A stretch of DNA of 63,797 nt, the filler included, from Stramenopiles sp. TOSAG23-2 (lineage: Eukaryota): assembly GCA_900128395.1 (NCBI GenBank). It is 48 parts of 48 records of this genome, joined end to end, with 100 filler letters (N's around TTAATTAATTAA, not from the genome) between each part and the next. Parts side by side here need not be neighbours in the genome. Positions count along the whole stretch, not along the records: positions 12,049 to 13,285 come from LT653388.1; positions 13,386 to 14,621 come from LT653389.1; positions 14,722 to 15,957 come from LT653390.1; positions 16,058 to 17,293 come from LT653391.1; positions 17,394 to 18,628 come from LT653392.1; positions 18,729 to 19,963 come from LT653393.1; positions 20,064 to 21,297 come from LT653394.1; positions 21,398 to 22,630 come from LT653395.1; 40 more parts are not named here. One strand, written 5' to 3'. Positions 12,119-24,063 of this stretch are shown here, one piece after another. Each line of letters starts with the position of its first letter. The stretch's first letter is position 1. The position numbers and the translations under genes were made by a program. The notes beneath the pieces are model-generated. The model had not been told where the DNA came from. It saw nothing but the letters and a program-made list of their open reading frames with translations, and made no database searches.

Positions 12119-13132
12119 ATGACACCAGTTGAGAAAGATGAGACAAGACGTGATGAATCAGAAAAAGGATATAGTATGTGGTTAGTAATTTCATTAATAT
12201 TAGGAATAATTGTTGGATTTGTTGTCCCATCAGACCATGAAGACAGTACAAATATTCATTTACCAAATCATTGTAAAGCAAATAAAATCGAACATGTTTC
12301 AGGTCGATTATCATTATGTTTAGGTTGGATTAGTTTTGTATGTTGGGGGATTTCTTTTTATCCCCAACTATATCTCAATTACAAGCTCAAGCATACAAAT
12401 GGATTGAGCAGTTTTTATCAGCTGATGAACATTGCCGGGTATGCGGCATATAGTTTATACAATGGCTTTTTTTATTTCTCAACATCAGTACAAACTTCAT
12501 TTTGTTTAGATAATAATGGATCAATGAATGTCGTAAGGTTATCTGATGTTTTCTTCTCGTTTCATGCCTTCATCATAACATGGATTACAGTTTTTCAAAT
12601 ATATTATTACAATAACGACGTTCAAACTGGTGCATTAGCAATATTAATTTTTGCTTCTATTTCCGTTTTAACATTTATTTTTGGCGGGACTAATATTAAT
12701 TATTTATATGGTCTAGGTACCTTTAAAGTTATTGTTACATTAATCAAATATATGCCTCAAGTTTATTTGAATTATTCTAGATCTTCAACATCAGGATGGA
12801 CAATTCATAATGTATTATTAGATTTTACTGGGGGCATTACTAGCACTATTCAATTATTCATTGACGCAAAAAATTTTCAAGAAGTGGTAGCAGACTTTCC
12901 AAAATTGTGTCTTGGATCAATAAGTATGTTTTTCGACGTGATATTTTTAATACAACATTATGTTTTGTATAATGATGATGGTGTTGATGATGATGATAAT
13001 ATAAATCGATTATTAGTAGATGTTGATACTGAGGATTTAAAGAACAGTAATGAGAGTTTATTAAAAGAAAATGAACATACAAAATTATTAGTGAATGATA
13101 ATAATGTTGATGCAGTACGGAGTTATCATTAA
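12119..13132 (+). CDS. CTNS: Cystinosin-like lysosomal cystine transporter (PQ-loop)
   Basis: GWISFVCWGISFYPQLYLNYK and KYMPQVYLNYSRSSTSGWTIHNVLLDFTGG; ends FFDVIFLIQHYVLY. Confidence 0.9.
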   Translation: MTPVEKDETRRDESEKGYSMWLVISLILGIIVGFVVPSDHEDSTNIHLPNHCKANKIEHVSGRLSLCLGWISFVCWGISFYPQLYLNYKLKHTNGLSSFYQLMNIAGYAAYSLYNGFFYFSTSVQTSFCLDNNGSMNVVRLSDVFFSFHAFIITWITVFQIYYYNNDVQTGALAILIFASISVLTFIFGGTNINYLYGLGTFKVIVTLIKYMPQVYLNYSRSSTSGWTIHNVLLDFTGGITSTIQLFIDAKNFQEVVADFPKLCLGSISMFFDVIFLIQHYVLYNDDGVDDDDNINRLLVDVDTEDLKNSNESLLKENEHTKLLVNDNNVDAVRSYH

Positions 13133-13387
13133 TTTTTTTTGACGCATGTGTGTGTGTGATTGAGTGAAGATATGATTGATTATATTCGTATGAATATGAT
13201 ATGATACGTCGTATAAAAACTTATATATAACCACTCCTGGGGAATTCAAAACCACCAAACTTTGGAAAACCTATGGACTATTCACNNNNNNNNNNNNNNN
13301 NNNNNNNNNNNNNNNNNNNNNNNNNNNNNTTAATTAATTAANNNNNNNNNNNNNNNNNNNNNNNNNNNNNNNNNNNNNNNNNNNNAA

Positions 13388-13909
13388 GAAACTGGGTTAA
13401 AGTATGATTGCAATTGTAGTGGAAAATTACCATGGTATTTTATAATTTCTGTTGGTATTTTAATACATACTATACATAATTTTCCATTAAGTGCATTGCA
13501 ACATTCAAAGGATAGTTTTTGGGCTTCTGGGGTTCCAAACATGATACTCGTGGTAAACTTAATTTGTTGGTATTGCTTCCTCCGATACAAATATCTTGAA
13601 TTGGATGATGTTCCAAGAGTCAATATACGAAAATTACAATTATTAGGATGGATGCCAAAAGCATTTTGCTTTCGTTGTTATGATGTTGATAGTTCAGATA
13701 TTAGACGTGAAAGAAGACTTGATTCTATCTATGAAATGAGTAATAGAGCAGAAGATGAACATGCAGAACCGATTATTATGAAGTTGACATTACCATCTGG
13801 TGTTGTACCAGGGACTCAAGTGAAATATCCATTATCAAATGGAAAAGAAGTGATGATCACTGTACAAGAAGGTCAAAAAGGTGGTGACATCATTGAAATC
13901 CAACTTTAA
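13388..13909 (+). CDS. Membrane protein C-terminus (possibly PrsW-like intramembrane protease), haplotype A, 5'-partial
   Basis: Open from the contig start: ...WYFIISVGILIHTIHNFPL (HxxxN in a TM helix); C-terminal LTLPSGVVPG...ITVQEGQKGGD module; conserved in haplotype B. Confidence 0.5.
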   Translation, partial: ETGLKYDCNCSGKLPWYFIISVGILIHTIHNFPLSALQHSKDSFWASGVPNMILVVNLICWYCFLRYKYLELDDVPRVNIRKLQLLGWMPKAFCFRCYDVDSSDIRRERRLDSIYEMSNRAEDEHAEPIIMKLTLPSGVVPGTQVKYPLSNGKEVMITVQEGQKGGDIIEIQL

Positions 13910-14283
13910 TATTACGGATATTATAATATATATATTAGATTAGTAAAGAGAGAGGAACAAATATTATAGAAGTTGAAACTATGATCAATAAAAAATATAT
14001 TATTTACCTGTTTGTGTGTGAGTGTGTGTGTGTGTTAAAATATAATAAAAGTGTAACATATTTTTTTCATTTTTCACCCATAAAAATTATTAAAAATAGA
14101 AAAACGCTGAAACAATTATTACAGGTAATACTATATATATACTTCTTTTATAGTAGTGTTAATATATAAGGATATGAAAATACAATAATTAAAAGACGAT
14201 AAGTAATACAACAACAGTAGAAAACAAATTCACCATTCAACAAATAGTAAGATTTAATATATATATATATAAATATTGTAAAA

Positions 14284-14621
14284 ATGAGTACACCAACTAT
14301 ATTTGGATATGGGGAAGCAATGATACGTTATGCACCAACGTCATCAACAGCAACAACTGATGTAGATAAAGGACAACCTGAATTATATCTTCGTTCAATT
14401 GGTGGAGACGAACTAAATGTCATGGTTGCGTTGGCTCGTATATCTTATTCCACACATTGGGTATCTGTCTTACCAGATCAAGTTTTAGGAAATGCTGTTA
14501 AAGATTGTGCACATGATGCAGGAGTATCAACCGAACATTCAATATTTACGTCTGAAACTGATGAAATGGGTTCATTCACAGTCATACCAAGTGAAAAAAG
14601 AGTACAATATCGCCGTGCATC
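14284..14621 (+). CDS. PfkB-family sugar kinase, 2-keto-3-deoxygluconate kinase (KdgK)-like, haplotype A, 3'-partial
   Basis: YGEAMIRYAP, GGDELNVMVALAR, VSVLPDQVLG, GVST, VQYRRA follow the N-terminal PfkB/KdgK pattern. Confidence 0.75.
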
Positions 14622-14721
14622 NNNNNNNNNNNNNNNNNNNNNNNNNNNNNNNNNNNNNNNNNNNNTTAATTAATTAANNNNNNNNNNNNNNNNNNNNNNN
14701 NNNNNNNNNNNNNNNNNNNNN

Positions 14722-15957
14722 ACTTTGTCTTCCACCAAAGGACATGATTAATTTTGAAAATCAATACAAACTAACTGTTAGTTGTTGTCGTTGTTTACTA
14801 CAATTTCAAAACAACAACAAATTCAATTAATAATAACAATGAATTGAAACGAAATATGTTATTATTAATAATACAATATGCAACAAATGTATTGTTTCGA
14901 ATAATGATATATACATATACAAACAGGAAGAGTCGTGTGTGTGACACTTTTTTCAAATTTTTATTTTTTGTTATAAAAAAATTATTTATTTTTTTGATGT
15001 TTTTTTAACTGCCAAAAAACCTCGACGAAAAACCTTAAACAGAAACACTTTTTCATTTTAAACCTCTGCCCTCTCTCTGCGTAAATGAACTAAAGTTGTT
15101 AGACGACTATTGAAGGAATGAGAACTGGGAGAAGGATGATTAGTGGATTTCAAAACGACGGTAAGTACTAATTTAATATACTAATTTATATATGTTTGAT
15201 AGAGAGGTATTGGATATTACCAAAAAATCCAAAAATAGCCAATAGTTATTTTGATGAATAAACTAAGAATATCCGATTTGTTTTTGTAATTTCCAATACC
15301 TCGCTATCAAATATGCATAAATTAGTATACATAAATTAGTACTTAAATAAACTAAGAATATCCGATTTAGATTTGTTTTTTGTAATATCCAATACCTCGC
15401 TATCAAATAGACATAAATTAGTATACATAAATTAGTACTTAAATAAACTAAGAATATCCGATTTTTTGTAATATCCAATATCTCTCTATCAAATATGCAT
15501 ACATTAGTATACTAAATTAGTACTTAAATTAACCGTCGTTTTGAAATGCACTAAATATCCCTCATTTACAAACAAGGTGTACTAAAACCTCTAAAACCCA
15601 GGCCAGCCAGCCAGCATCCAATAGCATAGCTCTAGCACTGCGATACTACTGAGAGATGTGATGAGATCTGACAGTTAGTTCTTATGTGTGAAGAATACTA
15701 ACAGGATTTCAGGCTATCCGATATATATATATATTAATATATATATGCGTGTGTGTGTGATGTAGGTGGAAGAAGAAGTACATACGAAGTAGAAGAAAAT
15801 ATATAGGATATTTTATATCATTATCACAAATATATATATACACACACATATACATATATTACATACAACAAGATATATAGATATATACATACATATACAC
15901 ACACAAATATGTCTGCATTAGCAAAAAGAGAATCAAAAGATAAAGCAGAAAATTTAA
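14722..15957 (-). other. Second haplotype (reverse complement) of the divergent intergenic region at 1340-2578
   Basis: Both ends are reverse complements of the ends of 1340-2578; about 300 bp at each side align and the centres differ. Confidence 0.9.
15131..15563. mobile_element. Foldback/MITE-like element with ~100-bp imperfect TIRs and internal tandem copies of part of the TIR
   Basis: tttcaaaacgacggt...gatagagag.tattggatattac at left pairs with gtaatatccaata.ctctctatc...accgtcgttttgaaa at right; ~92-97-bp unit x3 at ~15259-15530. Confidence 0.75.
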
Positions 15958-16057
15958 NNNNNNNNNNNNNNNNNNNNNNNNNNNNNNNNNNNNNNNNNNN
16001 NTTAATTAATTAANNNNNNNNNNNNNNNNNNNNNNNNNNNNNNNNNNNNNNNNNNNN

Positions 16058-16290
16058 ATGAAGCATTGTTGCAACCACAACATTGGCGTGCAGCATCAAC
16101 AGAATGGAGTGCTGGTGCTTCTATTGAAACTTCCCATAACGATATACATGTTGCATGTGGATACCCAATGACTTCTGTAAATTATGCTGCGTTTCATCCA
16201 ATTTTTTTTCTACATCATTGTAATGTTGATCGTATTTATGAACGATATTTAACTATAGAAACAGATTCTAGATTGGAATTTGCAAAAGAT
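16058..16290 (+). CDS. Tyrosinase CuB segment, inverted relative to the rest of the gene
   Basis: IETSHNDIHVACG...AAFHPIFFLHHCNVDR is the canonical CuB motif. Confidence 0.85.
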
Positions 16291-17293
16291 GAACGAAGGC
16301 GTCTTGTTATTGTGCTATCTCGGCTTAGTTGATAACCACGATTTATCAATGTTGAGCCACCAGCTACTGAGCGTATTTGTGATTGTAATGCACTTGGTAT
16401 CTGCCCAAAATTGTCCCGAATTAAATTTGGTACCACTTGCCCATTAATTGTAGGTCTTGTCCAATCCCAATAAGGCAATCCAACGTTTCCATCATTTCCT
16501 AAATCCATATCAGCACGTATTAAAGAACGTTCAACATCACATAAGTAAGCACGATGCCAATGAGGGAAAACTTCTTGTCGATGTGCACAATAATCATTTG
16601 GCCAACCATGATATCCAGCCAATCGAAAGTAATCACCATTTTCCATCATACGATTCAATGCATTTAAAAATCTCTCTTGTTCTCTACTACTCATTTCACG
16701 TATTTCTTTACGTATTACATGAACATCGTGCTCATCTACCACAGGAGGAACAACTGGTGTTGTGTTTATATTTGTGGATGGTGCCTGTGGTGAATTATTA
16801 TTATTTGTAGTTGATGGCGGTGGTGCAGGTTTAAGCACGGTAACAATAGATAATGTTAATGTTCCCTGTGCACGGTTGCCAGTTAAATCCATTGTTCGAT
16901 TATTAAAACCACCACTTAAAAATTCTGCATCTGATAAATCAAATGCTAATGCACCTAATAAATCATCGCGGCCACCACCTGGTCTTGGGCCTCGACTAGT
17001 ATCTTGATCCCATACTTGTAAGGTTAATTGTCCACTACCTTGATCAACTGCAGGATTAGTCTCACCACCTAATATAATTTCTTCATCCCATGATGGTGTA
17101 CGATGATTGTTTCGTACAGTTGATGAAGTCAATTGTTCCCCTTCTTCGCCATTTGGCCCTACAGTTTGTACATATATATATGGATCACCACGTCCTCGCC
17201 TTCCATCCGTTGCACGGAAACTTCTACCAGAATGGAAATGAATTCGAATTTCTTCATATCCATTGAAACCATTACCAGTGTTGTTGTTTTTAT
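16291..17293 (-). CDS. C2-domain plus tyrosinase (CuA) protein, partial
   Basis: Open from the contig edge: IRIHFHSGRSF...GDPYIYV...TPSWDEE...LQVWDQD...DDLLG (C2), P/T/N linker, then RKEIREMS...HGWP..CAH...FPHWHRAYL...GLPYWDWT (tyrosinase). Confidence 0.85.
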
Positions 17294-17809
17294 NNNNNNN
17301 NNNNNNNNNNNNNNNNNNNNNNNNNNNNNNNNNNNNNTTAATTAATTAANNNNNNNNNNNNNNNNNNNNNNNNNNNNNNNNNNNNNNNNNNNNATACCAC
17401 TATAGCAGGTGAATACGATGGACCAGGTTTTTGCACCCCTATAGGATATTCCATGGATAACAAATTCGGATATTGGCACGGTATCCTACTATAAATTAAG
17501 GAAAATGTAAAATATCAATGTGTTATAATATACAGTAGTAGTAAGTATAGGTATATATTGATTATTCTTAATTTATAAACTAAATATAATATCCTTAACA
17601 TATACATTTAACACAGTCATATCATTGTAATTGGGGAGAATGAGATCAAAAAAATTCAATTTTACATTGTACCTATCAAAACCTGGTAAGTTACACTTGA
17701 AATGGGAATTACAATACTATAATTACAGATCCCTGATTCTACCCTATCAACGACACATAATGTATACTTGAATAGGATATTAGATTACTCAAAATAATTG
17801 TAATTTGTA

Positions 17810-17960
17810 AATAGCATTATAGAATAGGAATAGCATTATATACGAAAAACTACATACTAGTATAAGGTGTTTTATGCCTAGATTCGAAAAATAGCATTAT
17901 AGAATAGGAATAGCATTATATACGAAAACTACATATAAGGTGTTTAATGCCTAGATTCGA
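17810..17960. repeat. Tandem duplication, ~80-bp unit x2
   Basis: aatagcattatagaataggaatagc...atgcctagattcga at 17810 and 17890. Confidence 0.85.
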
Positions 17961-18534
17961 CATTGTGAGTATTATGTATATGAATGGTCGGTTAACCTTA
18001 ATCCGACGTATTTTTTTCATTTCAAAAATGAAAGAACGTTGGGGGATTTATGAGCGAAAAAAAAACCATCTCCGTTTTAACAAAAATAGCAGGCACACAC
18101 CATTGTGTCCAAACTCGCAATTTTTTAATATTTTATTTATTCGGATTGCTGTTGGGTGTGTTTGATGTAACTAGACATGTGTGATGCAAGAGTGTGTGTG
18201 TGTGAAAAGTAAATTCTCTTGGTATAGAAAAAAAAAAAAGAGTATAGGTACCAATCCATCCTTTCTACAGATAAAGAAGAAGAAGAATTATACATCGGTT
18301 GTGACTTGTATACTTTCAGTTATATATTATATATATTTTTTTTTTTAAATTACCCCGTAGTATAGTAATAATAATCAACATTTTAGTGTGGTGAATATAT
18401 TGGAAAAAAAAAATCAAAGAAGAAACGGCTGCTGTTATATAATTATAATATATTATAATAAAATAACTTTTCTTTCTTCCCCTTCCCTTTTTCACACACG
18501 CACACACACAAATATTTAAAAACAACAACGCAAT

Positions 18535-18628
18535 ATGTCAAAACGTAGTTCGAAATCCTCCTCCTCCAACGGGTTCAATTCAGAAATGTTTCCAGATTTA
18601 CATTTAAAAATGTCGAAAAAAATTGCAC
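18535..18628 (+). CDS. FAM184-family coiled-coil protein, 5' end
   Basis: MSKRSSK...FPDLHLKMSKKIA matches the FAM184 N-terminal signature DLHLKMSKKIAQL; not in the ORF track. Confidence 0.75.
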
Positions 18629-18967
18629 NNNNNNNNNNNNNNNNNNNNNNNNNNNNNNNNNNNNNNNNNNNNTTAATTAATTAANNNNNNNNNNNNNNNN
18701 NNNNNNNNNNNNNNNNNNNNNNNNNNNNTTAATGGTACCGATATTGTTGCAATTAGTTTTTCCGTAAATATAGTCTATATATAGAGAGAGAGAGAGAAAG
18801 AAAGAATATAAATTTTAACCAAATGTATATTTTGTTTTCATTTTGGATATACAGTAATGATATAAATATATATTAATAAAATGAATTACCTGGTAGGTTT
18901 AAGTTGAAGTATATATAGAGATAATAATAATAAAATTACGACAACAAAACATCAGGTACTATACTAC

Positions 18968-19247
18968 AAAAAAAAAAATTTTTTTATTAAATATTTTTTA
19001 ATAATTTTAATGTTTTCATTTTTTAATTTTATAATTTAGTAATAATACATATATATATTTGTATTTTTTTTCATTTCATAATAATTTTAATATACGGTCC
19101 ACCCATATTTAAAAAAAAAATTTTTTTATTAAATATTTTTTAATAATTTTAATGTTTTCATTTTTTAATTTTATAATTTAGTAATACATATATATTTGTA
19201 TTTTTTTTCATTTCATAATAATTTTAATATACGGTCCACCCATATTT
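18968..19247. repeat. AT-rich tandem duplication, ~140-bp unit x2
   Basis: Both copies end in tacggtccacccatattt. Confidence 0.85.
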
Positions 19248-19431
19248 TATATTTTGTTTTATTTTTTGTGATTTTTTGTTTGTTTTATTTAATAATTCAT
19301 TTATATAATAATTCTTTGTGTTTGTTTTTTTTCTTTTATTTTTCATAATAATATTTTTTTCAATTATTTTTTAATAATTTTTTTTAATTTCATATTGTTT
19401 ATATTTAGATGATGACTACGGTATACATTTC

Positions 19432-19963
19432 TTACAGTTGAAATTCATCATGAAAAAATAATTGTAAATGTGTATTGCAATATCTAATTAAGTTGTCTAC
19501 ATCACCATTTGCATCTGCGTATTCCCTAAATGCTATTCGAAAATTATTAACATCATTGACTACCGCTTGTTGCTCATTAACTGGTACAATTTGCATCACA
19601 AAATTATCAGCAGTAATCCTATGTGAATAATATAATAATTTTTGAAATAGATTTATCATAGTTCGATACTGTAACCACTTAGCATCTGATATTATTTCCC
19701 CAGTAATCCATGGGTGTTCAAGCATGAGTGGTAACGGTAATCGTTGATATGGATAGGAGCGTGGTGCAGTTTCTAACAAAATACGATTTACGAAGTCATG
19801 AAAATATCGTGATAACTGTGGTGCCAACCGTTGCTGACTCCAAGATTCCAACATGCCTCTTACGTTACCATATCGGATATAGTTACGATAATAATCTTCC
19901 TGTCTATTCCTATAGTTCACTGGTTGTATACCTGTTACCAAGCAGATTGCAATGATACCAATT
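19432..19963 (-). CDS. Ser/Thr protein kinase C-lobe and tail, 5'-partial
   Basis: IGIIAICLVTGIQP (subdomain IX) ... DFVNRIL...QRL...LEHPWI (subdomain XI). Confidence 0.7.
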
Positions 19964-20063
19964 NNNNNNNNNNNNNNNNNNNNNNNNNNNNNNNNNNNNN
20001 NNNNNNNTTAATTAATTAANNNNNNNNNNNNNNNNNNNNNNNNNNNNNNNNNNNNNNNNNNNN

Positions 20064-21297
20064 GTTAAATGAAAACATATCTTACGAGTGCATATTTAAC
20101 GATGCCGCTTCCGCAGTAGAAAGATTTGATGACCATCATGGGGTGTGTATTGCCCCGGCTCATCCACTTGGCCCTGTCGTTTTTTCTATCCGTTATGTTG
20201 ACAACAATATAACTTCCAACTCTGTCAGATTTGACTTTGTTGAAAAGGTTTTTGTCGCCCAAATTGTACCATCAAAGGGTATTTTTGTTGGTGGCACTAT
20301 TGTACAAGTACGTGGTAGAAATTTCCGTGACTCCAGCAATTTGCTTTGCAGATTTGGCTCTTTGGTGGTGAAGGCATCGTACGTTAATTCGACGTCGTTA
20401 AGTTGCATCTCCCCTCGACAAGATCCATCTACTGTAAGATTTGCTATATCAAACAACGGTAATGAGTTTTCATCAGAAAACCTTGTGTTTGAATACGTAG
20501 AACCTTGTAAAGTAAATAGAATCATTCCAAGTAGTGGCCCAGTTACTGGCAACACTCGTATCCAAATGATGGGGCTCGGATTTGAAAAAAACAACACGTA
20601 TTGCCGTATTGGATTTTTTGTACCAGTGGTGGTTGCAGCTGAAGTTGCTAGCTCTAGCAGATTGTTTTGTACAATGCCTGAAGCCACTGTACAAGGTCAA
20701 TATTCTATTGAAGTTAGTATTGGTGGAACCTTTTTTTCTTCCGACAAAGTTAAGTTTCATTATACGACAAACCCGGTGATATCAAATATCTTTCCCACCA
20801 GTGCACCATCTTCGGGCGGAACAACTTTGAAAGTTTACGGATCAAATTATGTTGAGTCACTTACTACCATGTGTCGCTACCAGGATGAGGCGCTTTCAAA
20901 AAGCTATTTAGTCCCAGGAAGCTACATCAATGAACGGCAAATTGAGTGCATCACCCCGAATGCACCATTTGGCACTTACGCACTAGATATAACGATGAAT
21001 GGATATAATTTTTTTACATCCCCAATACTGCTGGAGCTGTTCATTGATCCTGATGTAGTGTCCATTTCGCCTCAATACGGCCCGGAAAGCGGTGGTACCC
21101 GTGTTAATATTTACGGAAAATATTTTTCATCCCAAAATCCAAGTTGTAAATTTGGAGGTCAAATTGTAGCTGCTATTTACATCTCTGACAAAGAGCTCTT
21201 GTGCATATCTCCTCCAAAGCTTTCAAGTGAATTCGTGAAAGTCTCGTTATCCATGAACGGTGCTGATTATTCGATGGAATCTGGGAGCGTGTTTACG
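20064..21297 (+). CDS. IPT/TIG repeat protein, internal fragment
   Basis: Repeated PxxGPxxGGTxVxIxGxNF...CxFG...CxSP units. Confidence 0.9.
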
Positions 21298-21639
21298 NNN
21301 NNNNNNNNNNNNNNNNNNNNNNNNNNNNNNNNNNNNNNNNNTTAATTAATTAANNNNNNNNNNNNNNNNNNNNNNNNNNNNNNNNNNNNNNNNNNNNCAA
21401 GTACAGTACATTCCATTAGCATTGTATAGCATTGTTTCCTTCGTATAACATTTTTTACGAGGGAGGATAAATTGGCATCATATATTGCCACTCCTCTGGC
21501 ACTATGTATTCATATCATTTTGTATTAGTAGAAAGAAAATATATAGATCAACAACATCAATTTATAGAAACATATACATACATCGATATACATCCACCTA
21601 CACAAAGCTGTATCATCATCTCATATATATACAAAGATA

Positions 21640-22630
21640 ATGATAAGAAATTTCTGTAAACAACGACTGATTAGTAATATAAAACAAGTAGCAACAATAA
21701 AATCAAATGTAGTTAGACAAAATCATTTTTCATCATTTGTAATAAAAAATAATAATAATTATAGAACTATTAATCAACAACCATTTTTGCATACTAATAA
21801 TATTATTATTAGTAGAAATATTAGCCATCATATTCATAAAATCAAAACTATTAATAAAAATCATACATGTATTCAAAAGCAATCACTATGTAATAATAAT
21901 AATAACAACAACAACAATATGATTCAAAACATTACAAGAAAGAATCATAATAGATATCTTACTTCTTCATCTGCATCAAATACTACCATTAAGAATAGTA
22001 GTAATAAAAATTCATTTTCTATTGGACGTAAAGTTTTCAAAAGTATTGGATATTTTTATTTAGCTTTAACGTCAATACCAATCGGTTTAAGCTGCATTGC
22101 CGGTTACAATTATTTTATTAAAGATGACGAGCGACACGTTCGCGGCAGTCTGTTTTACAGTTGGACTGGATGGTTATGTTTGCCATTATCTATACCAGTA
22201 ATATTGGCATATCCATATGTTTATTTATTTGATACGTATCAACGTAATTTTATGGATATGATACAAAAAACATGGGCAAGAACGACTACGAAATTTTTTT
22301 TCACGACAAATGTTACAGGGATAGAAAACATTGTAAAATTAAATGGCAAGCCAGCTGTTTACATTTCCAATCATCAAAGTTGGTTAGATGCATATGCATT
22401 ATTTTGGATTGATTTTGTACAATTAAAAATTGTTTTAAAACGTGAATTAATGTTAATACCAGTGGTTGGATGGGCATTAAATGCAATAGGTCATATTCCA
22501 TTTAATCGTTCAAATAAAAAAAGTGGAAGCAATGCTATTAAAGATTGTATGAATTTATTAGCTAATAATACAAGTGTTTTTTTATTCCCAGAAGGTACAC
22601 GTAGTAAAGATGGTAAATTACGTAAATTTA
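21640..22630 (+). CDS. 1-acyl-sn-glycerol-3-phosphate acyltransferase (PlsC/LPAAT) with a mitochondrial-type presequence, 3'-partial
   Basis: NHQSWLD and FPEGTRS motifs; long basic, acid-free N-terminus. Confidence 0.9.
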
Positions 22631-22732
22631 NNNNNNNNNNNNNNNNNNNNNNNNNNNNNNNNNNNNNNNNNNNNTTAATTAATTAANNNNNNNNNNNNNN
22701 NNNNNNNNNNNNNNNNNNNNNNNNNNNNNNAA

Positions 22733-23254
22733 GAAACTGGGTTAAAGTATGATTGCAATTGTAGTGGAAAATTACCATGGTATTTCATAATTTCCGTTGG
22801 TATTTTAATACATACTATACATAATTTTCCATCAAGTGCATTGCAACATTCAAAGGATAGTTTTTGGGCTTCTTGGGTTCCAAACATGATACTCACGGTA
22901 AACTTAATTTGTTCGTATTGCTTCCTCCGATACAAATATCTTGAATTGGATGATGTTCCAAGAGTCAATATACGAAAATTACAATTATTAGGATGGATGC
23001 CAAAAGCATTTTGCTTTCGTTGTTATGATGTTGATAGTTCAGATATTAGACGTGAAAGAAGACTTGATTCCATCTATGAAATGAGTAATAGAGCAGAAGA
23101 TGAACATGCAGAACCGACTATTATGAAGTTGACATTACCATTTGGTGTTGTACCAGGGACTCAAGTGAAATACCCATTATCAAATGGAAAAGAAGTGATG
23201 ATCACGGTACAACAAGGTCAAAAAGGTGGTGACATCATTGAAATCCAAGTTTAA
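22733..23254 (+). CDS. Haplotype B of the membrane protein at 13388-13909
   Basis: Near-identical translation with scattered substitutions; same contig start. Confidence 0.55.
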   Translation, partial: ETGLKYDCNCSGKLPWYFIISVGILIHTIHNFPSSALQHSKDSFWASWVPNMILTVNLICSYCFLRYKYLELDDVPRVNIRKLQLLGWMPKAFCFRCYDVDSSDIRRERRLDSIYEMSNRAEDEHAEPTIMKLTLPFGVVPGTQVKYPLSNGKEVMITVQQGQKGGDIIEIQV

Positions 23255-23625
23255 TATTATATCACTGGTGGTATATATATAAAATTAATATATATATTAG
23301 ATTAGTCAAGAGAGAGGAATAAATATTATAGAAGTTGAAACTATGATCAATAAAAAATATATTATTTACATGTTTGTGTGAGTGTGGTGTGTTAAAATCT
23401 AAAAAAGTGTAACATTATTTTCATTTTCATATATTCCACCACCATTATTTTTTTATTTTCTTCAAAAAAACGCTGAAACAATATAAATATAATTATTTGT
23501 ATATAATCCCTCATATATGAAAATACAACAATAAACAAGACGATAAAAGTAATATAACAACAATAGAAAACAAATTCATCATTCAACAAATAATAAGATT
23601 TAATATATATATACACATTGTAAAA

Positions 23626-23963
23626 ATGAGTACACCAACTATATTTGGATATGGGGAAGCGATGATACGTTATGCACCAACGTCATCAACAGCAACAACT
23701 GATGTAGATAAAGGACAACCTGAATTATATCTTCGTTCAATTGGTGGAGATGAATTAAATGTCATGGTTGCGTTGGCTCGTATATCTTATTCCACACATT
23801 TTATATCTGTCTTACCAGATCAAGTTTTAGGAAATGCTGTTAAAAATTGTGCAGATGACGCAGGAGTATCAACCGAACATTCAATATTTACATCTGAAAC
23901 TGATGAAGTGGGTTCATTCACAGTCATACCAAGTGAAAAAAGAGTACAATATCGCCGTGCATC
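23626..23963 (+). CDS. Haplotype B of the KdgK-like PfkB kinase
   Basis: Near-identical to 14284-14621; same contig end. Confidence 0.75.
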
Positions 23964-24063
23964 NNNNNNNNNNNNNNNNNNNNNNNNNNNNNNNNNNNNN
24001 NNNNNNNTTAATTAATTAANNNNNNNNNNNNNNNNNNNNNNNNNNNNNNNNNNNNNNNNNNNN

